IMG/VR virus record: IMGVR_UViG_3300026549_000073
DNA length: 64,000 nucleotides
Strand: one strand, 5' to 3'
From: an uncultured virus (IMG/VR IMGVR_UViG_3300026549_000073)
Taxonomy: Duplodnaviria > Heunggongvirae > Uroviricota > Caudoviricetes > Schitoviridae
Shown piece after piece: positions 57,577-64,000 of this stretch (within the stretch, counting starts at the first letter, position 1; the number at the start of each line of letters is the position of its first letter). Made by a program: the position numbers and the translations under genes. The notes under the pieces were generated by a model. It searched no databases and was not told the origin of the DNA. It saw nothing but the letters and a program-made list of their open reading frames with translations.

Positions 57577-59598
57577 TTAATTACTTGTAGATTGAGGAGA
57601 AGATATTAAAGGAACTTCTTTAGAATAAGTCCATTGTAGCTGTTGTTGCAGCTTTTGAACCTCTGTTTTATTATTAGCTGCCTTAGCATTAAATATTTTA
57701 CGTAATAATTCATTACGTTTACGCATAGTACCTAAAGTACTTAATCTAGTTAGTATACCCGGAGCTTTAGCTTCCGTATCCATTGCAACTTTTACAGCAT
57801 CTGTAAAATCAGAATCCCACCAATCTGGTGTAAAAGTCTTACTCTTAAACTTACCACCATCTATTAACATTTGAATAGCTATACGAGCTGCAGCATCAGT
57901 AGCACCTAATTCTTTAGCTTTGTTAAGAGCAGCTGTGTACTTTTCTCTAAATTTAGGTATATTATCATTATAACCTAATTGTTTAGCTAACTGTTCTTCT
58001 GACTGACCATAATCTTTAGCAGAGGCATTTAAAGCAGATTTTAAAGGGTCAAAGTTATCTTTAGCATTACCTACCTTAGCTAATACACTATCATAGTTTT
58101 TAACTATAGCATCTATTTGATTTTGATATACAGTATCAGCAGCATCAACTTGAGCACGTATAAAAGTACTATCTGCTGGAGTTAAAGCAGTAGGGTCTAT
58201 ATTAAATGCTACTTTTTTTGCTAAATTATTATTATTCTGTAAGAATGTACTATCATTAACCCTTTGATTATATTGGTCTTTAGCAGCATTAATACCACCC
58301 ATAAAATCATTAACAACATTTTGTTCAGCTTCTGTTTTAGCTGTACTTTCAATACCAGAACCAGAATCAGTAAATTTAATAAATTTAAGTAAGCTTCCTT
58401 TATCAACTGGTTCTGGTTCACCGGTTATGCTTCGTTTTATCATGCCAAATAAACCAGCAGCACCTGCTGTTGTATCTGAAGATTTAACAGTAGTACGAAT
58501 AGTATCATTTAATGATTGATTTAAAAAATCATTAAAATCTTGAGCAGTAGCTTTAGGATTTTTAGATAAATTAGCAAGCTTAGCTTCACCTTCTTTAGTT
58601 AAAACAGCTCCACTCTGTTTAAGGGCTTGTCTAATAGTCTGTGCTCTAGCAGCACTAAGAACAGCTCCTCCTTTTGCCATACCACGAGCAAGAGAAAGGT
58701 CTTCTGAACCATTATCTGTAAAATTAGTAGCATTATCTAAGGATTTATTTTCAGTATTAACAGATATATCTGCATATGGTTCTAAGTTTTTACCTTTATC
58801 ATAAATATTACCCTGTGTAATATAAGGCAAATATTCAGGAGCAAGTTTAGCAACATAAAGACTAGGATTTTTAATACCTTTAGCAGCAGCTATTTTATTT
58901 AAAGTATCTTTAAATATAGCACCATAAGTAGAAGACCTAGGGTCTTCACCACTATCTGCCATAGCGGCTCTAGTTTCAGCTATTAAATCAGACCCTGTTA
59001 AAGCTTCTTGTGCTAACTTCATTCTCTGAGCTCTTTCAGCCATACCTTGACGAGTATTAGCCATATTCAATCTAGTATTATCTTCATCTAATAAAGTCTT
59101 ATTTAAGTCAGGAGCTTTAAAATACTTTAAAGCTATATCAGATAGTACAGCATTAGCATTATCTAAAGATTGGTTATAACCTTGTTTATCCCTCTTTAGA
59201 TACATAGTATTAACTAAGTTAGACTGTTTTGCTGCTTCATTCTGACCTTGCCAATCCTTAGCTGCTCTATCTTCTTGTGCTTTCTGAGTATTAGAGTATG
59301 TATCATATCTAGAATTTTGAAACATGTTACTTAAAGTATCAGCAGTAACAAAAGGATTAGCAACAGCTGCTGCACTAGCTCTAGCTTCATCAGGTGTAGC
59401 ACCATTAGCTAAAGCCTTCTGATAAGCCTGTAATAAGGCTGCATTAGCACTATTTTGTTGATTGGTTCTAATAGTATCTATAGCAGTATTAAGCATATTT
59501 GATGCTCTAGCTTGATTCTGTATAGCTGTATCCCATAAATTAGAACCATCACCTATATTAGAATGTATAGGTGACCACATAGGTAAAAATCCCGCCAT
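57577..59598 (-). CDS. Internal virion / ejection protein (N4 gp51 position)
   Basis: Ala/Asn/Gln-rich and helical; directly upstream of vRNAP. Confidence 0.65.
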   Translation of the reverse strand: MAGFLPMWSPIHSNIGDGSNLWDTAIQNQARASNMLNTAIDTIRTNQQNSANAALLQAYQKALANGATPDEARASAAAVANPFVTADTLSNMFQNSRYDTYSNTQKAQEDRAAKDWQGQNEAAKQSNLVNTMYLKRDKQGYNQSLDNANAVLSDIALKYFKAPDLNKTLLDEDNTRLNMANTRQGMAERAQRMKLAQEALTGSDLIAETRAAMADSGEDPRSSTYGAIFKDTLNKIAAAKGIKNPSLYVAKLAPEYLPYITQGNIYDKGKNLEPYADISVNTENKSLDNATNFTDNGSEDLSLARGMAKGGAVLSAARAQTIRQALKQSGAVLTKEGEAKLANLSKNPKATAQDFNDFLNQSLNDTIRTTVKSSDTTAGAAGLFGMIKRSITGEPEPVDKGSLLKFIKFTDSGSGIESTAKTEAEQNVVNDFMGGINAAKDQYNQRVNDSTFLQNNNNLAKKVAFNIDPTALTPADSTFIRAQVDAADTVYQNQIDAIVKNYDSVLAKVGNAKDNFDPLKSALNASAKDYGQSEEQLAKQLGYNDNIPKFREKYTAALNKAKELGATDAAARIAIQMLIDGGKFKSKTFTPDWWDSDFTDAVKVAMDTEAKAPGILTRLSTLGTMRKRNELLRKIFNAKAANNKTEVQKLQQQLQWTYSKEVPLISSPQSTSN

Positions 59599-59606
59599 AT
59601 TACCTC

Positions 59607-60140
59607 CTAGCCTGTAACACGTCTATCAGCAATCTTATTGTCATAAGCATGACTATTGCCTGTATTCTGTACAGCAGCTGTCTCATACTTTTGAGCCAAG
59701 TCATTATTATATGTCTTAGCAGCAGCATTAAAGTTCTTAGCATCTTGTGCCATATTATAATAGAACTGATTTTTAGCTTGATTTAATGCTTGCTTAGCTA
59801 ATTTATTCTGGTTCCAAGCACCAAATAATGAACCAATACCCTGTACTAAATCTAGACCTGTTTTAAAGGTTCCTGTATTTAAACCTAAGCCATCAGTAGT
59901 ATTACTAATACCACCCCAGTTCTGACTATTCCAGTTACCAGCTATAGGAGCAGCGTTAGGTTTACCAAAGCCATTATTAATAGCTTCATTATATGAAGTA
60001 CCTCCTGTAAAAGGTCCTGTCATATAATTATTTATATCTGTAGTGGCAGGAGCAGTACCAAATAGACTGCCTCCTATCCAATTACTTAAATCAGATATAC
60101 CACTAACTAAAGAATTATCTGTTAAACTGTTATAAAACAT
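59607..60140 (-). CDS. N4 gp52-like small virion protein
   Basis: Gly-rich N-terminus, GIGSLFGAWNQNKLAKQ, NFNAAAKTYN. Confidence 0.7.
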   Translation of the reverse strand: MFYNSLTDNSLVSGISDLSNWIGGSLFGTAPATTDINNYMTGPFTGGTSYNEAINNGFGKPNAAPIAGNWNSQNWGGISNTTDGLGLNTGTFKTGLDLVQGIGSLFGAWNQNKLAKQALNQAKNQFYYNMAQDAKNFNAAAKTYNNDLAQKYETAAVQNTGNSHAYDNKIADRRVTG

Positions 60141-60147
60141 AAATCAC

Positions 60148-62946
60148 CTATGAATTAGTTGTTGCTAAATCTACTAATAAATCCGTATCTATATATTTAT
60201 CTAAGTTAAGAAGTTCTGAGGTAAGGATTTCAGTAGAGTCGTCTGTATAACTTAGTAAGGTATTATTCCATTTAGAACCATTAACAATACCATCGTAGAT
60301 TGGGTTAGTTTGTCTTGAGGTGATAGTCTGTACTAAGTTTTTAATATCAATGTTAGAAGTTTGTCCATATAAATCTTGATACATGGAACTTAAATCTTTC
60401 ATTTTCTTATTATAATAATCATGATTTATTTCTGCCATAGAATTAAAAGCATTGGTTTCAGCAGTTAAGGCTTTATTTTGCTGATTAAAATAATCAGCTA
60501 ATTGATTCATAGCAGTAGAAGCTATTTCTGCTCCTGCTTGCCATGCTTCCATACCATTAAAGAAACCACAGTAGTAACAAACTACTACAGTAATAACTAT
60601 TTGGAATACTTGTCCAATAAAGGTATTACCAAATACAGCTTTAGCTATAGCTTTAACTACCATAGCAATTACTACTGCTACTACTAATTTTAAGGCAGCT
60701 GTAACAACCATACCTACTACACCACCACCAACAAAGGCAGCAACTGCAGGGAAAACTGAGTTAGCATATGGACCTGAAGCAGAACCAAAGGAACAGATAG
60801 TAACAACAATAAAGATAATAATAACTACAATCCATACAACAATAGCAATCCACTTTTTCCAACCTTTATAATGAGGTTGTTCAAAGTGATATGATTCAGA
60901 TATTAAAAAAGTTCCTCTAGTGATTAAATCATTTAAGTCACTCATAGGAAAGTTCTGCATCATTGTTAAATCAAATGGAATAATAAAACCTGAATCATCA
61001 TCTGCTATTTCTGCTTTATATTCTATAGATACATTATTAACAGTCTGAAAGTTTAATACTACACCTTGATAAACATTCTGATGACCATAGTAAACAGAAC
61101 CAGCATTATCATAGATATAACCACCAGCAGCCATAGTTTGAATAACCATAGGGTCATAGTAATGTTGGTATTCTATAATCTTATCAGCTCCATGAGAGGT
61201 ATCTGTTTCTTTAATTACTTTAGGATGTTGCATAGCATAATTAAAACTATTAGCTGTATTAGCTAAAGTAGCTTCAATAGTAGACCATGTATTACCCATA
61301 CCATAATGACCTACTGGGTTATATAAAGCTAAACCTAATACAAGTATTTCTTGGTATGTCTCATTAGTATCTTGGTATCTAAATGCTACTCCGGGGCATG
61401 TAGCTGAATATTTATGAGGAGGTGTATCTTCATCTTCAGGTATAGATTCATCTTCTAAAATAGAAGGTGCATCTTCTATACCTGAAGGTACTACAAAGTA
61501 TTGTCCTTTCTTGGCTCCAGCTTGAGCTACACCTTTTTTAGATAGGGATACCATACCTACCCATACTATACCTCTAGCAGTAGTACCATTATTGGTATAC
61601 CAAGAGATATAACCATTTAATTGAAATAGTTTATTACTCTTAAATGTAGAACCAAATGGAGCATACCAAGTAGGCTCTCCTTTAGCTGTATACCATTGAT
61701 TTACTATATCTTCTGAGGTTAATCCTCTAGCTGTTAAAAAGTGTTGGTAGATATTCTTAAATAAGATATATAAGTACTTTTTACCTGCTTGGGTCTTTGT
61801 ATTTAGATTAACACCAAACATCATATAAGCATTAGCCATTTCAATTTGATTTGGTGTATCAGATACATTCTTATATAACTCAGGATATAAAGGTTTACCA
61901 AATAAACGTTTTACATACTGACAACATTTAGTATATGTATTAGAGTTCTTATCTATATAATACAAGCCTTGTTTAAATGGAATCCAAGGAACAGGTATCA
62001 TATTAAATGTAAGCTGTGATTTAGCCCATACAGCTACAATATTATCTAAATCTTCATTAGAACCATTAAGAGGATAACTAATATTTCTGTAGGTAATATT
62101 GTCCTCATCATCTGCTACTGAATAGTTAATATTAAGTACAGTAATAGAGGCAGGACTATTAACTTGAATCTGTTTATAACCATCTGGTGTTTTAACTCCT
62201 GCTCCTAAATTATAAGCATAGTTAAATACACCTAAAGGTTCTGCATCAGTATCTGGAACTTGTTCACCATCCTCATTTTCTTTAGTAGGATAAGTAGTAA
62301 GAGTATATAAAGCTATCTTGTCATATACATAGTATTCTAATTTATACTTATCTTCTCCATTACTTTCTCCTGTTTTCTCGTTATATTTATATTTAGGGTT
62401 ATCTAATAAATAAATAAACCTACCTTGAGATATTACTTGTTTAGTAGTATTCAAGGTAAGTTTTTCTTTATTACTAAAAGTAACTGTTATTACACCGGTA
62501 TTTTCATCAAAATGCTGAGTGTAAGTATTACTAGAATACAGCTCATGATATGCTCCAAATAAGTAACCATCTAAAGCTACTTGTAAGGAATTAGTGGTTA
62601 CTTGATAATTATGTATAACTGCTTTAGGTGAACCAGTAAGGTTATTTAAGTAAGACTGTATAGCCTTACCTATATCTAATTTAGAACCAGCATAAGCATT
62701 ACTGGTATCAGCAGAGAAACCAATAGCATTTGCATAGCCTGAATTTACTGCCCACCTAACACCTGTTTTTAATCTAAAAGACATGCCTTGAAATAAGGCT
62801 TGTTGGAAATATTTACTAAAATAGGTCTCATTACTTAAAGCTACCCAATTAGTAGCCATAGTACCTGTCCACGAAGTATATTGATGTGTGGACATATCAA
62901 TACCTGTTACTGCTGTAGCAAAAGCAAAAACATCGTAATGAGCCAT
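60148..62946 (-). CDS. N4 gp53-like virion protein with C-terminal transmembrane segments
   Basis: MMFGVNLN, YLY..F, SGFIIP, hydrophobic region after KGWKKW. Confidence 0.7.
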   Translation of the reverse strand: MAHYDVFAFATAVTGIDMSTHQYTSWTGTMATNWVALSNETYFSKYFQQALFQGMSFRLKTGVRWAVNSGYANAIGFSADTSNAYAGSKLDIGKAIQSYLNNLTGSPKAVIHNYQVTTNSLQVALDGYLFGAYHELYSSNTYTQHFDENTGVITVTFSNKEKLTLNTTKQVISQGRFIYLLDNPKYKYNEKTGESNGEDKYKLEYYVYDKIALYTLTTYPTKENEDGEQVPDTDAEPLGVFNYAYNLGAGVKTPDGYKQIQVNSPASITVLNINYSVADDEDNITYRNISYPLNGSNEDLDNIVAVWAKSQLTFNMIPVPWIPFKQGLYYIDKNSNTYTKCCQYVKRLFGKPLYPELYKNVSDTPNQIEMANAYMMFGVNLNTKTQAGKKYLYILFKNIYQHFLTARGLTSEDIVNQWYTAKGEPTWYAPFGSTFKSNKLFQLNGYISWYTNNGTTARGIVWVGMVSLSKKGVAQAGAKKGQYFVVPSGIEDAPSILEDESIPEDEDTPPHKYSATCPGVAFRYQDTNETYQEILVLGLALYNPVGHYGMGNTWSTIEATLANTANSFNYAMQHPKVIKETDTSHGADKIIEYQHYYDPMVIQTMAAGGYIYDNAGSVYYGHQNVYQGVVLNFQTVNNVSIEYKAEIADDDSGFIIPFDLTMMQNFPMSDLNDLITRGTFLISESYHFEQPHYKGWKKWIAIVVWIVVIIIFIVVTICSFGSASGPYANSVFPAVAAFVGGGVVGMVVTAALKLVVAVVIAMVVKAIAKAVFGNTFIGQVFQIVITVVVCYYCGFFNGMEAWQAGAEIASTAMNQLADYFNQQNKALTAETNAFNSMAEINHDYYNKKMKDLSSMYQDLYGQTSNIDIKNLVQTITSRQTNPIYDGIVNGSKWNNTLLSYTDDSTEILTSELLNLDKYIDTDLLVDLATTNS

Positions 62947-62958
62947 AGTAACTATCTC

Positions 62959-64000
62959 CTATCCGGGTACAGAACCATTTAGATTATTTTGATGATTACC
63001 TGTAGTAGGTAAGCCAGCATTAGCATATACTTGGTCTACTACATTATTTAGAGCAGCATTTTGCATAGAAGGAGGAGCTTCTACAGCATCATTCATACCC
63101 TTAGAAGTAATCCAAGCATTAGATGCAATATTAGCAGCATCAATACCTGCCTTTTGTTTAAAGGCAATAATCTGCTGAGATGCCACATCTTTTTGTTTAC
63201 CTATTTGTCCTTTAACAGGTTGATTATCAGAACGTACATCTAGAGTTTGTGCTCTAGCGGTCTCAAATTGCTCTCCTAAGAGTTTAATTTGAGCAGACAT
63301 AACTTCTATTTGTTTTTCTGAATGTTTTACAGAAGCACCAATAGAACCAGCAATAATAGTTCCATCTGTTCTAGTTCCTAGAGTCTGTCCTCTAGTAGCT
63401 TCCATTTGTTCCATAACTTGTGCAGTTTGTGCTTGAATATGTTTAGTCTGTTCAGGTATTTGATTAGTCTGCGCAGTTAATTGTGCTGTCTGAGCTTGAA
63501 TATGCTTAGTTTGCTCAGGTATCTGAGCAGTCTGGGTAGCTAACTGGGTAGTCTGAGCTTGGATATATTTAGTTTGTTCTGGTACTTGAGCGGTTTGAGC
63601 AACTATTTGTGCTGTTTGAGCTTCTATACGTTCTCTCTCTTTTAAGAGGTTATCATATTGAGCTGTTAAATTAATATATTGCTCATGTAAATTAGCTAAT
63701 GCTAATTTCTTATTAGCATATTCAGTTTGTGCTGTATAAGCTTGTATTTGAGCCAAAACTAAAGATACTTTAGCTTTAATAGTCTCTATAGCAGCATTGA
63801 TAGCAGTTAATTGTGAAGTAGTAGTAGTAATAAAAACTTGGTCTTTTTTTAATACAAAATCTACTGCTTGTTGTAGAGCCATCTGCATAGCTGCTAAGTA
63901 AGCATTACTATAATCAGCACCTACTATGCGTCCTTGACTAAATTCTTTCTCAAGATGTTTAGATATAGCAGACATAAAAACATCAAAAGCACCTGCACCA
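62959..64000 (-). CDS. N4 gp54-like virion protein, 5' partial
   Basis: Frame is open to the window edge (GAGAFDVFMSAISKHL), GRIVGADY, GQIGKQK. Confidence 0.7.
   Translation of the reverse strand, partial: GAGAFDVFMSAISKHLEKEFSQGRIVGADYSNAYLAAMQMALQQAVDFVLKKDQVFITTTTSQLTAINAAIETIKAKVSLVLAQIQAYTAQTEYANKKLALANLHEQYINLTAQYDNLLKERERIEAQTAQIVAQTAQVPEQTKYIQAQTTQLATQTAQIPEQTKHIQAQTAQLTAQTNQIPEQTKHIQAQTAQVMEQMEATRGQTLGTRTDGTIIAGSIGASVKHSEKQIEVMSAQIKLLGEQFETARAQTLDVRSDNQPVKGQIGKQKDVASQQIIAFKQKAGIDAANIASNAWITSKGMNDAVEAPPSMQNAALNNVVDQVYANAGLPTTGNHQNNLNGSVPG
63415..63625 (-). repeat. About three in-frame 63-nt (21-aa) tandem repeats
   Basis: Units of Q(I/V)PEQTK(H/Y)IQAQT(A/T)QLxxQT. Confidence 0.85.

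Noticed and set aside
1..64000. Genome-wide stop-codon reassignment to explain the polymerase TAA
   Set aside because: TAA ends most genes and long genes are uninterrupted in the standard code

Overview
AT-rich genome segment of an N4-like phage (Schitoviridae-type), probably circularly permuted, with the genome ends most likely in the non-coding block near 18.2-18.5 kb. N4 hallmarks visible in the sequence: a giant virion RNA polymerase (about 4319 aa, minus strand), three C-GAA-G hairpin early promoters, a gp2-like activator, two-subunit RNAPII, a MoxR ATPase/vWA pair, helicase, family A DNA polymerase, primase, Sak4-like protein, SSB, terminase, and tail and ejection proteins. Accessory content includes anaerobic RNR (nrdD/nrdG), dUTPase, ThyX, DNA ligase, endonuclease VII, two tRNAs, a DUF2829/Tad2-like protein and an Hc1-like protein; nrdD/nrdG point to a host that lives anaerobically. 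nrdD carries a LAGLIDADG intein and an HNH-encoding group I intron. The most unusual locus is the DNA polymerase gene. It has two ORF-less group I introns, is split around a nested unrelated gene, has a free-standing HNH gene flanked by two recoded copies of the start of the C-terminal half, and has an in-frame 6-nt TAA-CTA insert in motif B. That insert implies recoding, a sequence error or a dead gene. Other leads are a degenerate SLOG/DprA-like domain inside the vRNAP, a structured non-coding region of about 350 nt and a very acidic 37-aa early protein. All calls are by eye; no searches were run.
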